From IMG/VR virus record IMGVR_UViG_3300042890_001842, positions 32,001 through 96,000 of that record: 64,000 nt of DNA; one strand, 5' to 3'. This document shows, in pieces, positions 27,798 through 38,540 of this stretch; position 1 is the first letter of the stretch; the number at the start of each line of letters is the position of its first letter. Under the pieces are notes generated by a model. It was not told where the DNA came from, searched no databases, and saw only the letters and a list, made by a program, of their open reading frames with translations. The position numbers and the translations under genes were made by a program. The stretch comes from a virus.

Positions 27798-29820
27798 AGA
27801 GTCCCTCCCGATAATCATTTCCTCCAAAAGATCCAGATCCTGAATTAGTAGAGACTACATTGCTTGTATTTAATATTCCATCAGTAAAAGGTATCCATCC
27901 ATTTGGAACTCCAGTTTGTACATAATGTGTTGCTAGCTCTGTACCAAATTTTGCTCTAGCTTTAATTCTATATTTTTCAGTTGGGATGAACCCAACTAGT
28001 GATCCTAATACAGCTGCTGATCCTCTATACTTAGCAAAATCTGCTGGTCCAGTGATATCTACCTGAACTCTTGATCCACCAGTTATAGGCTGATATTCAT
28101 ACTGAATGGCGTCATACTCTATAACTTCTTCATCAATCAGCAGGTATCCAGAAAAACTTTGCAATGCTTCAATTGTTCTATCTTCTGCAGGCTTTATAGA
28201 AATTACTGCAAGGCTAACATATCCACCTGCTCCAGTTGAGCTAAGTAATGTTTCTTTTAAAGCTGCTGATGAGAAGGAAGTTTTATCTACATCTACTATA
28301 GACTTATTACTTTGCTCATAACCAGCAACATAAGCACTATTATAAAATACTTTAATATTATTTGAAGATGCTATATTGTCTGCTCTTAAAGAAATTATAT
28401 TTGGCAAGCTACTTCCACTAGCAGTATTTCTAAATGTCCAGTCTTTAGTCAATGAGGCTTTTTTGGTAAATATAAAATCTCTACTGTAAAATTGCAATAC
28501 ATTGTTTTCATCAAATAATGCTGACATCTGAGTATCTGAACATAACTCTTGTATAGCTGACCATACTGTTTTTGTACCGTCGCTCCACCACCATCTAAAA
28601 GATATTACAGATTTGTCTGCATCTGCCAGATTAAAATTATATGTTGTAAATCCTATTGAATCCAATATTCTTCTTATTACTGCAGTAGCTGAATAGTCGT
28701 CACAAAGAATATCTGGGCATATGGTTTCTTGTAAAAACTTAGCTGCATCTAATGCAAAAAATTCAAGCTCTCCATTCTCGCCTATCTTCCAGTTGTCTAA
28801 ATAATAAGATCCTTGAAGTACTTTAAAATATGTTCCATTTGAATCAGAAAGATTACCAGCAGCATCATATATTTTATAAAAAGGTTTAACCTCTGCCTTT
28901 TTAGACATATAAATATATGCATTATTTATTGCAATGCTTTCTTGAAAATTATAATTTCTAAACAATATGTTTGCATTTCCGTATGAATTAAGCTCCATGT
29001 CTAATGAATTTGCTGTTGCTAATCCAATTGGAAGGATATCGTTTGTTTCTGAGGATGCTTCTTTTTGTATTCCAAAAGATACAATTCTGTCAGTTAAATC
29101 TTTTATCCAGTGTGGAGCAACTTCAATCAATCCGATATACTTATCTCCGCCTGGATTTGTAGCAGTTACCCTTAAGTTATTTACTGTTACTTGAGAATTA
29201 TAGTTAATGCTTGACTCAGTAGTTGTCCAAGTAGTGCCGTTATAATAAATAGCAACAATACCATTCGAGTCTATTGTTTTTGTCATACCAGATGTTACAT
29301 CTGTACCATTAATAAATATAGACCAAGAGCTTGGTGTGCAATGTGATAATTCAAATTTTAAAACAATTTTATTTGCTGGCACGGCCTTGTTCTCGTATGA
29401 GATTGGCGATGTGCCATCATAATATCTAATAGATACATCAAGGTTTGTATTCTTCTGTGTAACATAATATTTATAATTTGTATTTTTTGATGGAGAGTAA
29501 GTCCTATATGTTACTGGAGTCTGTGTTGTGTATGTAGTGTTTCTTGGATTATTATAAGTACCAGTCAGTAGGTCTCCAATTATTCCATACTTAATTCCAA
29601 ATTTTTCTGGTCTGAATGGCTTTACAACTGAATCCAGCGGAAACAATAATTTAAATGGCTGAGCTCCGTCTGGAGATGTATAGTAATTAGCTCCAGTAAA
29701 ATCATTTTCAGAAAATGATACTAACGTGTTACAATTTATATCAAGAGTTGCGCCAAGTCCAATATTAATACTTGTGCTTTGATCAAACTTATTAGTAACT
29801 TGTGAAGGTGCCTGTATCAT
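27787..29820 (-). CDS. Minor tail (hub) protein (likely start MIQAP)
   Basis: TAATG coupling with the upstream gene; follows the tape measure and Dit-like genes. Confidence 0.65.
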   Translation of the reverse strand: MIQAPSQVTNKFDQSTSINIGLGATLDINCNTLVSFSENDFTGANYYTSPDGAQPFKLLFPLDSVVKPFRPEKFGIKYGIIGDLLTGTYNNPRNTTYTTQTPVTYRTYSPSKNTNYKYYVTQKNTNLDVSIRYYDGTSPISYENKAVPANKIVLKFELSHCTPSSWSIFINGTDVTSGMTKTIDSNGIVAIYYNGTTWTTTESSINYNSQVTVNNLRVTATNPGGDKYIGLIEVAPHWIKDLTDRIVSFGIQKEASSETNDILPIGLATANSLDMELNSYGNANILFRNYNFQESIAINNAYIYMSKKAEVKPFYKIYDAAGNLSDSNGTYFKVLQGSYYLDNWKIGENGELEFFALDAAKFLQETICPDILCDDYSATAVIRRILDSIGFTTYNFNLADADKSVISFRWWWSDGTKTVWSAIQELCSDTQMSALFDENNVLQFYSRDFIFTKKASLTKDWTFRNTASGSSLPNIISLRADNIASSNNIKVFYNSAYVAGYEQSNKSIVDVDKTSFSSAALKETLLSSTGAGGYVSLAVISIKPAEDRTIEALQSFSGYLLIDEEVIEYDAIQYEYQPITGGSRVQVDITGPADFAKYRGSAAVLGSLVGFIPTEKYRIKARAKFGTELATHYVQTGVPNGWIPFTDGILNTSNVVSTNSGSGSFGGNDYREGLYAI

Positions 29821-30266
29821 TATACCTCTTCCAAAGTTATAGATACATTCCACAATTCTTGAGGCGTATCCCCAGTGTTCATTTTAGCATTTCTTCTTAT
29901 AATTTCAAAACTACATGATGTAAAAATCATAGTCAAATTTTCAGCATTAGCTGTATTGCCATATTTTACAGTAACTGGAAATGACGCCTTTCCAGTTGCA
30001 CCTTCATAAAAATCTTTAATGTCTCTAGCTCCATAGAATCCATCTACAGTATATGTTGCTCTTGAAGGAAGTGCATCCCAAGATACACTAATTTCTTTCT
30101 TGTCTGCAATAAAAAACTTTCTCATTGTTCCGTTAGACATTCTTTGTGTCTTTTCAATTCTATTAATAGATATAGAAACTGGTGAACGGTTATGCTCTGA
30201 TAGGCTAAATCCGCCAACTGTTATAAGGGCTCCTACTGGCAATGTTATTGGGTATGATGTTGGCAT
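29820..30266 (-). CDS. Distal-tail-like protein
   Basis: Directly after the tape measure; RMSNGTMRK...WNVSITLEEV. Confidence 0.6.
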   Translation of the reverse strand: MPTSYPITLPVGALITVGGFSLSEHNRSPVSISINRIEKTQRMSNGTMRKFFIADKKEISVSWDALPSRATYTVDGFYGARDIKDFYEGATGKASFPVTVKYGNTANAENLTMIFTSCSFEIIRRNAKMNTGDTPQELWNVSITLEEV

Positions 30267-33200
30267 TATTTACTCCTATTGTATCCGATTCTCTTTAATT
30301 CTTTTACTTCAAGGTCAACAATGTATCTTCCGATTTCTTCCTTTGTAAGACTTTGAGGTATGTTATATGTATTCTGCATAACAACATTGCTTCCAAATAT
30401 TGGAGCCTGTCCTCCGCTAGCCATAGATACTCTATTTGATGTTCTGCTTGGAACAGAGTACTTTGTTGCTAATCCTCCCATTGCCATTCCATTAATTTTA
30501 TCAAGCAATGGTACTCCAACATTTTGAACTGATTGAGCTCTTATTACATACTCTCCACTTGAAAGCATTGCTGGTATGGAATCAGAAGTTCCGCTTCCTG
30601 GACCTCTTATAATACCACCCATGGCTTTACCCTGCGCTCTTGTCTCCCATGAGTTTGGATCCATATTTCCTTGTGGACCGTAGATCTTATACTTAACTCC
30701 CTTGTATTCAAGAAAGTCTCCAGGTTTTAATCCTTTATCTTGAATTAATTGCTTTCCGCCCTTTGTGCTTAGGGTACCTCTTTCGTTTAATTCGTAAGAT
30801 CTAAATCCAGCACCACTATTAACTTTAAGAGGATTATTAGCTCCGTATTGAGGTGCACCTTCTTTACTCATGTCCAACTTCTTGCCATTTATATAAATGT
30901 CGCCAGTTGTACTAATTCCTTCTTTAGACAAAGCCTCTGAAAGACCCTTGTCCAGTCCACTCAAAAGATTCATTGCAGTTGTAGCGATATCTTCTGGTCC
31001 CAATTTTCCGTTAACAACATCTGGAAGTCTGGCAGTTCCTACTGGCAATCCAGCCTTTTGAACCGCATTAATAAAATCAGCAGCAAGACCCTTAAACTCA
31101 GCAGTTGTTTTAAACTTTGCTAAATCATCTTTATTGGCAAGTAGTGCAAGCTTAAGTCTAGACATTGCACCATTTACGCCATCAATTTCTGTTTTTTGTT
31201 TTGCAATTTTTGAAGTTAGTGCGTCTAAGCTTTCTCCAGCAAGTGCTGCTTTGTCAGCTAACTTTTCATTTTTATTTTGAATAGCTTCTCTTTGTGCTTC
31301 TAAAGGCTTGACCTGTTTATCTCTGTCAGCATCGATCTTATTCATTGCAAGAGTAGTTTGTCTACCAGATACAAGCTCACGCATTCTTAATTGTGCTTGT
31401 GCGGCAGCTTGCATATCTCCAGTTGCTATATTTTGCTGATATTCTAATTGAGCTTTTTGTAACTCAAGTTGATAATTTTCTCCTGCTGCTTGATCTTGCA
31501 ACGCTTTCTTTCTTGCATCAGCCTCTTCATTAATTTTTTTAATCTTTTTATCAATTGCTCTTATTGCATCACGATCTTTAATCTGTTCAGCTACCGTCTG
31601 TCCCTTGGTAGCCTTAAGCAATTCTTTTTGTCTTGCTGTAAGTTTATCTAGGTTTTCATACTGCTTTTTTAATAGCCCCGTTTTATTTGTTTCAACTACA
31701 GCTTTTTGAACTGCAACTGATAGCTTGTATAATTGATCTACTTGATCAGTATTTAACTGTGTTAAATCTCCAGCAAATCCAGCAGCTTGAATTCTTAACT
31801 TTTGCCAAATGCTTAATATGGTATCTGAAGATGTAGCAAACTTCTTAACTTCTGGGTTTTGCTTAATTAGGTTTTGTAAAACAGCATCTCCAATTGGTTT
31901 CTGTTCTTTAACCTTAGCATTAATCATAGAGATCTGCTTATTCTCTGCTTCGTATAAACTTAACTTTTGAGTCTTTCCAGTCTTATCTTTTTTAGCAGCT
32001 TCTTCGCTGGTCTTCATTATATTTTCTACACCTGCGTCAATTGCAGTTAAAGCAGTATTTAATTGAGCTGCCTGATCTCTTGTATTCTGGAAATCCTTAG
32101 CCAAGTTAAATGTTCCAACTGCACTAACTGCTGCTGTTTCTTGATTACGAATTTCTCCAAAACCCTTTGAACCAATTGCAGATACTGCTGACATTGGCTT
32201 ATTTGAAAGCTTAAACAATACGTATATCTTCTTAGTAGCCTCTTCAGCAGACATGCCAGCTGCAACAAATTGCTCCTTCAACTGAATTGCAACTTGATTT
32301 ATATCTTTAGACTTTGTAGCGCTAATTAGATCTATTTGATCCTTCATTGTTGTTTTTACTTCTTTTTGAAGTTTCTTATATTCTTCAATAGTAAGCTTAA
32401 AAGGAGTTCCAGCAGACTGCAGGCTTTCGTAAATAAGTTTATTCTTATCCAATAATAACTTTACTGAATCTATTGAATCTTTTATTTTTGAAGTATAGCT
32501 TGTATATTTTAGTCCAGCCTTTTCTGCAGATTCAGCAGTTAATCCAAATGCTGCAGCTGATAATCTTTGTGTTTCGTTATAGTTTTGCCAAGCCTTATAT
32601 GCTCCAGCTACTATTGTAGTTCCAGCTGCCAAAGCAAGATTTGTTCTTGTAATTCCAAGTAAAACTTTTCCTGATATCTTTGCAAATGTGTTGGAAGATG
32701 TTGCTATTTTTTCAACACCTCCAGCATATTTTCCAAGTACTGGTGTTCCTTGTGCGAATATAGACTGTCTTCCTTTTGAGATCTGCTCAATAGGAGTATT
32801 GAATGCTAGCGGAACTCCCTCTTGCATAGGTTTTCCAAAAGCGGCTAAGTTGGGAGTTAATGTTGAAGTTCTTCCAAGTCTTTGTTGAGGGGTTATACCA
32901 GATCCTCTAGAACCAAACATTCCAGGCAAAAGGATTGATCCAAGGATACCACCAATCATAGATCCACCACTTCCGCCAAATTTAGAACCTAATGCTTGTC
33001 CTGCTGAGCCTCCCAAAATTGATGCTAACAATTGAACAATCATTCCACCTTTATTGTATCCCTTAACCATACCTCCCATGGCATATCCTGGAATTATTCC
33101 ACCAGAGTTTTTAGGAACAAATACTTCTGGTCCATCTTCTCCGACTAGATATGGTCTTCCGCCACTTACTGGTCCGCCATTTTTACGTGCACCATCAACT

Positions 33201-36200
33201 ACTGTTTCTACTTGTAGTTTGCCTTTATCAAATCCTACTACTCTAAACTTTCCGCCAAATATTGCTTCTTGTTCTGATCTATATTGACCTCCGAACTTGC
33301 TACCAGCACTCCAATCTTGTCCATATGGAGCTAAGAATTTTTTATCTGGGAACATGTCTCCAGCTGGTAAGATGTTTCTATTTTTTATAGCCGCTTCGAT
33401 TACAACATTATTTGGATCTACTCCAGAACCTGGTGCAAAGAAGTTGGCGATCTGTGGACTCTTGCTCCATGAAGATCGGCGCATAATAAATTCTTTGCCA
33501 ATTAGTCCAGATAAATCACCAGTAGATCTTGCAATACCTATAGCTTCTATTAAATCTTGAGGAAGTCCCTTAAAAGTTTTATCAAGTCTTATTCCTCTAA
33601 ATAACTTACCAGTAAATTTTCTTTGAAGAGTTTTCATTGCAGCTATTGGACCCAAAGGATGATTTCCAAGTCTCTGCATCTGACTCATTATGTCTAAGTT
33701 GCCTGACATATACTGTGCTGTGGCATACTTGCCACGCTCTTCCATATTTCCAGTTAAAAATTGTGGAAGCATTGCTTGTCTTGCAAATCTGTCATCCTTA
33801 TAAAGAACTTCTTTTAGAAAATCAGGATCATTTTGGAAATTTTTTGGAGTCATAGATCTACCAATTTGAAGTGGACCATGTAATGGATCTTGGTTTCCTA
33901 ATGTATATTGATATCCTGGCATTCTAAACTGCTGTTGAGGTTTCCATCTTGCAGTTATTTTATCAACTATTGTTTTTGATAATGGCTTTACAATTCTTCC
34001 AGCAATATTACTTCCAAAGTATTGAACTCCTGGAACCATGCCGCCCTTGTTAAATGAAATATCTGAATTATCTTTATTATATACCGCTGGGCCTGAGCCA
34101 GAAATTTGAGAACCACGAAGATTTCCCAATTGTCTCATTTCATCAAAATAATTGCTGCTAGATCCTTGAATTTTAAGTTTTGCTAAATGTCTTCTAAGAA
34201 TTTTTTCCATAAATTCTTCAAATGTATTTGTATCTTTACCAAAAGGAATTCTTCTTGATGTCAACTGACTTTGTGCATCTTCCCATGCATCTGCAAAAAC
34301 TTTATTTATTTTTTTAGAAGGATATCCAAGCATTCTTGCAGATGACATCATTGTTGAGAATGGATGCATCAATCCGCCTCTTAAAGCTTCAAGAATTAAT
34401 TTTGGATTACCACCTGTAATTAATGAAAGGTTCCCTCCCTCACCAAATCTAGTTTGTGGTCCAAACAGTGCTGGCATAATATACTGTCCAGTATCTGTTT
34501 TATGTACAGGAGTAGAGAAATGACTCCTATCTATTCCAGACCATAAATTATTAACTTCATTGTCATTTAAATTTTGTAACTGATCCTTTGTATAATAGGC
34601 TCCTGTTTTTGGATCTTTTATCTTCCATCCAGCATCATGACTTTGAATTAAATCAATTCTTCTAGAGCCAGAATGTGCACCAGTTCCTGTTGAAAAGTAA
34701 TGTCTATGTAACGGCTTTCCTCTTACATTTAAAGTTCTTCTTGGAACTGCTCTGCTCCATGGAGAATTGGAGAGCATTGAACTAATCATTGATAGTGTTG
34801 GTCTTGGTCCGTATCCTCCTCTATTTGAAGATACAATTCCTCCGCCTAATATTGATCCACCTAAATTTCTTCCCTGTAGAGGAACAACCATTGCTCTTCC
34901 TTCATTAAGAGCTCTCATTCCATCTGGATCTTGTTGTGCAATACCTCTACGAATTACAAACTCTCCTGGAGTAAGCATTGCTGGAACAACATCTGCATCT
35001 ACATTCGGGCCAGGAACTTGGTCTCCATTATTGTAGAATACATTTCCTCCAGAATTTAATCCTTGTGGCCTTGTTGTTTCAATACTATAAGGACCACCCA
35101 TTGTTCTTGTTCTTGTTGCTTTTCCAACAGCAGCCATGACATCTGCAAATATTCCTTGACGGAACATTCCACGAGTATTTGGTTTACCCTTAGCATCAAC
35201 AACTGGTTGATCTATAAGTGGTGCTTTTGTTAAATCTATTGTTCTTCCACGAGATGCGGCATATGCTGATACTTCGATACCCATCATTCTTTCAAGCTCA
35301 GCATTTGAGGCAATAATTGCTGCACGAGCCTGCTGAATATTTATCTTTCCAGCTTTAAGCTCTCCAACAATTTGAGCAGATTGTGCAGCAGCATTTGCTG
35401 TAAGTCTTTGTGTAATTGGCAGAATGTCATCAAATGTATCAATAAACTCTTTTGAAACTTGTCCGCCCATTCCAATAAGCTTTTTCAAATTATCTATTTC
35501 TGCTTTGCTTTGTACGCCCAATGCTCCCATTAATGCTGTATATCTTGCATGCTGTGAGGCAACTACTCCAGTAGAAACTCCATTTATAGTTGTAAGTCCT
35601 GAAACATCTGGAAGTCTTTCATTCATTAATATTTGAGGATTAGCGCCAATATTTCTGTTTACTGGGACTGGTTGTAATGTTAATCCAAATATTGAAGTTG
35701 GATTATCTGGGTCTCTTGGATTTAAATGTGCTGCTGCTCTTGAAGTTCCGCCAAGCAATGGATGATCTTTGTCTACAACTCTTTGTCCTGAAGCACCAAA
35801 ATTCATTACTGGTGTGCCAGCTGCAGTTGTCATTACGCTGCCTAGGGTAGCAGTTGATGCTGTCGCCTTTCTTGCATTTGCTTCCAATAAAACTAAGTCT
35901 TCGCTTAGTTTTTTAATAGCTAGGCTTAAGGTTGCTGCTGCCTTTGAATCACTATAAAATTCATTTCCAAGTTTCTTGCTTGCATCTTGTGCAGCCATTA
36001 TTTCTGGTGTTAATAATTTAAATCCTTCTGCGCCTTTAAATAAAGCTTTAAAGTGTCCAAGTCCTTTAATAATATATCCAAAGAAGTTTGCCAAAACACC
36101 AGTAAGCATAATTACTGGTCCTAGAATTGCTGTAAATGCACCGCCAAATGTCATAAGCTTTTTAATTGGATCTGGTAACTTCTGTGCAAAATCTATAATG

Positions 36201-37768
36201 CCACCTAGTACGTTCAAAAGCTTTGTGCCTATATCTAAGAAGTCTTCTCCAACTCCAGCAAGATCAGCCTTTAATCCTTCTATGGCTCTCTTATATCTAC
36301 CTGCTGCAGAGTCAGTTACTGCTGCTAATTCTCTAGTAGCAACTGCTTCAAGATCGCTAGTACTTGCCTTCATTAAATCTAAAACCTTTAATGTCTGGCT
36401 TCCTTCACGACCAAGGTTTTCAAATAAAGCATTTAGTCTTGAAAACTGGAACTTTCCAAAAAGCTGTTCAATTGCTTGTTGCTTTTGCAGTGGATCTAAT
36501 CTATCTAGAGAAGCCTGTAACGCCATTAATGTTTCTGTTACGTTACCAGCGTTATTATTTACAATACCTAGAAGATCAATTCCAAATGATTTAAATTTGT
36601 CTACCGCTACACCAGTTGGATTAATTAAAGAAGCAAGTGCTGACTTTAATGCATTTGCGCCTTCTGACGCATTAATTCCACCTTCACGCATAGCTGTCAT
36701 ATACAAAGCTAAATCTTGAACATCTCCTCCAAGACCCTTAATTACTGGACCAGCCTTTGGAATTGCTTCAACCAAGTCTTGCAGTGTTGTTGAAGTTTGG
36801 TTTTCAACTGCGTTTAAGAAGTTAATTGATTGAGCTAATTCTTCTGTATTAGACTTGAAAGCAGATTGTATTGCTAAGGTTGCCTTCATTGCTTCTTGAC
36901 GATCTACTTCACCAAGTACTGCCAATCTTGTAGTTTCTGAAACAGATGATAGAAGTTCATTTCCTGTTTTTCCAGTTGCTGCAATATCAGCAGCCAAACT
37001 AATTGTTTCTGCAAAATTTACACCCATTGCTGAAGAAAGTTCTTTTGCTGTAGCAGATACTTCTTTTCTTACCTTGGAGAGTTCTTCTGCTGATGTACCA
37101 GCAACTTCTCCATATACCTTTGTTAATCTTGTTAATTCTTGATCTGCTACTTTAAATGCATCTGCAGCAGCTTTTCCAAATGCTGCAAGTGGTAGAGTTA
37201 AACCAACAGTTAACTGACGACCAGCCCATTGAGTATTCTTACCCCAGTTGATAAGCTGAACTCCACCATCTTGAATAACCTTATTCATTATTTGCAGCTC
37301 TTGCTTAAGTAAGGACGCCTTATTCTTTGTTAAATCTAATCCTCTTGGAATATGAACATTGTACTGCATTAACCCCTGTGAATTTCTTCCAAGTGGTTGC
37401 AGTACTGAGTTTTGTAATTGAGTCTGTTGTTTTGCTAAATCTCTTATCAGACCGCCAGTGGTTCTTGTGTGATCTTGATATACCCTAAAGTAGTCTTTAA
37501 GTTTTAGTCTTCCGCTATCTAGGTTTCTACCAAACTTTTCAACATCTGATGTAAGGCTAACAAAGTGTGTAGAGAATTGCCCAGTCTTGAGCATTGTCTC
37601 TTTAAACATTGCATTAGTTGCACCTATTTGACCAGCTAATGCTCTGTTAGATCCAGCAAATTGTTGCTGTAGTTTTGAAAGGCTGTTTGTAACTCTTTGC
37701 ACATCTGCGATGAGATTTGAGAAATCAGATTTAGCAACGATATTCGTTACTATTTGTTGATCAGCCAT
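30266..37768 (-). CDS. Tape measure protein (2500 aa) with inserted globular domains
   Basis: TP901-type helical N-terminal region, GKNTQWAGRQL, repeated xxGG and D.VPAML..GEFV motifs; follows the tail chaperone genes. Confidence 0.9.
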   Translation of the reverse strand: MADQQIVTNIVAKSDFSNLIADVQRVTNSLSKLQQQFAGSNRALAGQIGATNAMFKETMLKTGQFSTHFVSLTSDVEKFGRNLDSGRLKLKDYFRVYQDHTRTTGGLIRDLAKQQTQLQNSVLQPLGRNSQGLMQYNVHIPRGLDLTKNKASLLKQELQIMNKVIQDGGVQLINWGKNTQWAGRQLTVGLTLPLAAFGKAAADAFKVADQELTRLTKVYGEVAGTSAEELSKVRKEVSATAKELSSAMGVNFAETISLAADIAATGKTGNELLSSVSETTRLAVLGEVDRQEAMKATLAIQSAFKSNTEELAQSINFLNAVENQTSTTLQDLVEAIPKAGPVIKGLGGDVQDLALYMTAMREGGINASEGANALKSALASLINPTGVAVDKFKSFGIDLLGIVNNNAGNVTETLMALQASLDRLDPLQKQQAIEQLFGKFQFSRLNALFENLGREGSQTLKVLDLMKASTSDLEAVATRELAAVTDSAAGRYKRAIEGLKADLAGVGEDFLDIGTKLLNVLGGIIDFAQKLPDPIKKLMTFGGAFTAILGPVIMLTGVLANFFGYIIKGLGHFKALFKGAEGFKLLTPEIMAAQDASKKLGNEFYSDSKAAATLSLAIKKLSEDLVLLEANARKATASTATLGSVMTTAAGTPVMNFGASGQRVVDKDHPLLGGTSRAAAHLNPRDPDNPTSIFGLTLQPVPVNRNIGANPQILMNERLPDVSGLTTINGVSTGVVASQHARYTALMGALGVQSKAEIDNLKKLIGMGGQVSKEFIDTFDDILPITQRLTANAAAQSAQIVGELKAGKINIQQARAAIIASNAELERMMGIEVSAYAASRGRTIDLTKAPLIDQPVVDAKGKPNTRGMFRQGIFADVMAAVGKATRTRTMGGPYSIETTRPQGLNSGGNVFYNNGDQVPGPNVDADVVPAMLTPGEFVIRRGIAQQDPDGMRALNEGRAMVVPLQGRNLGGSILGGGIVSSNRGGYGPRPTLSMISSMLSNSPWSRAVPRRTLNVRGKPLHRHYFSTGTGAHSGSRRIDLIQSHDAGWKIKDPKTGAYYTKDQLQNLNDNEVNNLWSGIDRSHFSTPVHKTDTGQYIMPALFGPQTRFGEGGNLSLITGGNPKLILEALRGGLMHPFSTMMSSARMLGYPSKKINKVFADAWEDAQSQLTSRRIPFGKDTNTFEEFMEKILRRHLAKLKIQGSSSNYFDEMRQLGNLRGSQISGSGPAVYNKDNSDISFNKGGMVPGVQYFGSNIAGRIVKPLSKTIVDKITARWKPQQQFRMPGYQYTLGNQDPLHGPLQIGRSMTPKNFQNDPDFLKEVLYKDDRFARQAMLPQFLTGNMEERGKYATAQYMSGNLDIMSQMQRLGNHPLGPIAAMKTLQRKFTGKLFRGIRLDKTFKGLPQDLIEAIGIARSTGDLSGLIGKEFIMRRSSWSKSPQIANFFAPGSGVDPNNVVIEAAIKNRNILPAGDMFPDKKFLAPYGQDWSAGSKFGGQYRSEQEAIFGGKFRVVGFDKGKLQVETVVDGARKNGGPVSGGRPYLVGEDGPEVFVPKNSGGIIPGYAMGGMVKGYNKGGMIVQLLASILGGSAGQALGSKFGGSGGSMIGGILGSILLPGMFGSRGSGITPQQRLGRTSTLTPNLAAFGKPMQEGVPLAFNTPIEQISKGRQSIFAQGTPVLGKYAGGVEKIATSSNTFAKISGKVLLGITRTNLALAAGTTIVAGAYKAWQNYNETQRLSAAAFGLTAESAEKAGLKYTSYTSKIKDSIDSVKLLLDKNKLIYESLQSAGTPFKLTIEEYKKLQKEVKTTMKDQIDLISATKSKDINQVAIQLKEQFVAAGMSAEEATKKIYVLFKLSNKPMSAVSAIGSKGFGEIRNQETAAVSAVGTFNLAKDFQNTRDQAAQLNTALTAIDAGVENIMKTSEEAAKKDKTGKTQKLSLYEAENKQISMINAKVKEQKPIGDAVLQNLIKQNPEVKKFATSSDTILSIWQKLRIQAAGFAGDLTQLNTDQVDQLYKLSVAVQKAVVETNKTGLLKKQYENLDKLTARQKELLKATKGQTVAEQIKDRDAIRAIDKKIKKINEEADARKKALQDQAAGENYQLELQKAQLEYQQNIATGDMQAAAQAQLRMRELVSGRQTTLAMNKIDADRDKQVKPLEAQREAIQNKNEKLADKAALAGESLDALTSKIAKQKTEIDGVNGAMSRLKLALLANKDDLAKFKTTAEFKGLAADFINAVQKAGLPVGTARLPDVVNGKLGPEDIATTAMNLLSGLDKGLSEALSKEGISTTGDIYINGKKLDMSKEGAPQYGANNPLKVNSGAGFRSYELNERGTLSTKGGKQLIQDKGLKPGDFLEYKGVKYKIYGPQGNMDPNSWETRAQGKAMGGIIRGPGSGTSDSIPAMLSSGEYVIRAQSVQNVGVPLLDKINGMAMGGLATKYSVPSRTSNRVSMASGGQAPIFGSNVVMQNTYNIPQSLTKEEIGRYIVDLEVKELKRIGYNRSK

Positions 37769-37778
37769 ATACTATATG

Positions 37779-38434
37779 TTACTCCCTAGAATAGCCCAAT
37801 CCCATTCCGACTCCGAATCCAGCTTCTTGAGCAAATGCTCCTTGTAATGAAACTATGTCATCACCACTAGCATTTATTCCCATTGCTCTTCTTCTTACAT
37901 CTTCAAAGGTAGGACCTTTGTTTTCTTCGCTTCTTTCTAAAGTTTTATCTTGTAGTGAAGCTAAGAATATTCTTTTTTCCTCTTCCACCTTTTGCATTGC
38001 TGAAAAGGTTTCAAGTAGTTCTGGTAAAGATAAATTTTCCTCTAAATCTTGGTAACTTTTCCAACTACCAATAAGAAAAACTTGTCCCTCTAAAGCAGCT
38101 AAGTCTAGTTCTGACCAGCCAGAACCGCCGCCATTAGGTTTGGGTCGTCAAGCTTGATCCCGCCGCATACTTCAAGAATCCTATTGATTGTTGGAATATC
38201 TAGCGCTTCTTCTAGCAAGTCTTTATCTTTAACTAGTTCTGGAAGTTGTGTTTCTAGAGCAATTCCGCATGCTTCAATTAGAACTCCCAATGACTCATCT
38301 TCTGTTGTAGCTTCTTGAGCTTTATTAATAACAGCCATGAACTTACGAAGCTGTTTGATTGATAGCGGCTTTAACTGAACTGTGTTGCCGTCTTGTAGTT
38401 TAATTTCTTCTACATCGTATACCGTAGTGGCCAA
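37779..38434 (-). CDS. Tail assembly chaperone, long form (gpGT-like) made by -1 frameshift
   Basis: The -1 frame after C CCA AAC is open as PNGGGSGWSELDLAALEGQVFLIGSWKSY... and joins the 37779-37997 ORF. Confidence 0.8.
38105..38434 (-). CDS. Tail assembly chaperone, short form (gpG-like)
   Basis: Between the major tail and tape measure genes; GGAGG RBS with GTG start. Confidence 0.8.
   Translation of the reverse strand: MATTVYDVEEIKLQDGNTVQLKPLSIKQLRKFMAVINKAQEATTEDESLGVLIEACGIALETQLPELVKDKDLLEEALDIPTINRILEVCGGIKLDDPNLMAAVLAGQN
38138..38144 (-). other. -1 programmed ribosomal frameshift slippery heptamer CCCAAAC
   Basis: X XXY YYZ pattern in frame (GAC CCA AAC) near the end of the chaperone ORF. 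Confidence 0.8.
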
Positions 38435-38460
38435 TTTATCCTCCTTTAGGATTATAAATC

Positions 38461-38469
38461 ATTATAACA
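38461..38469 (-). promoter_or_regulatory. Extended -10 promoter
   Basis: TGTTATAAT upstream of the tail chaperone gene. Confidence 0.5.
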
Positions 38470-38490
38470 AAAGAAATATATTAATACAAG

Positions 38491-38519
38491 CAGAAAGCCC
38501 TCATTTCTGAGGGCTTCTG
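38491..38519 (-). terminator. Terminator hairpin after the major tail gene
   Basis: AAGCCCTCA-TTTC-TGAGGGCTT. Confidence 0.7.
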
Positions 38520-38540
38520 TTAATAATTAAATAAATTTAA

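Noticed and set aside
26565-29853. Frameshifted or split single tail gene
   Set aside because: The downstream ORF has its own GGGAGG RBS and ATG at 27797 and no evident slippery site, so two coupled genes are simpler
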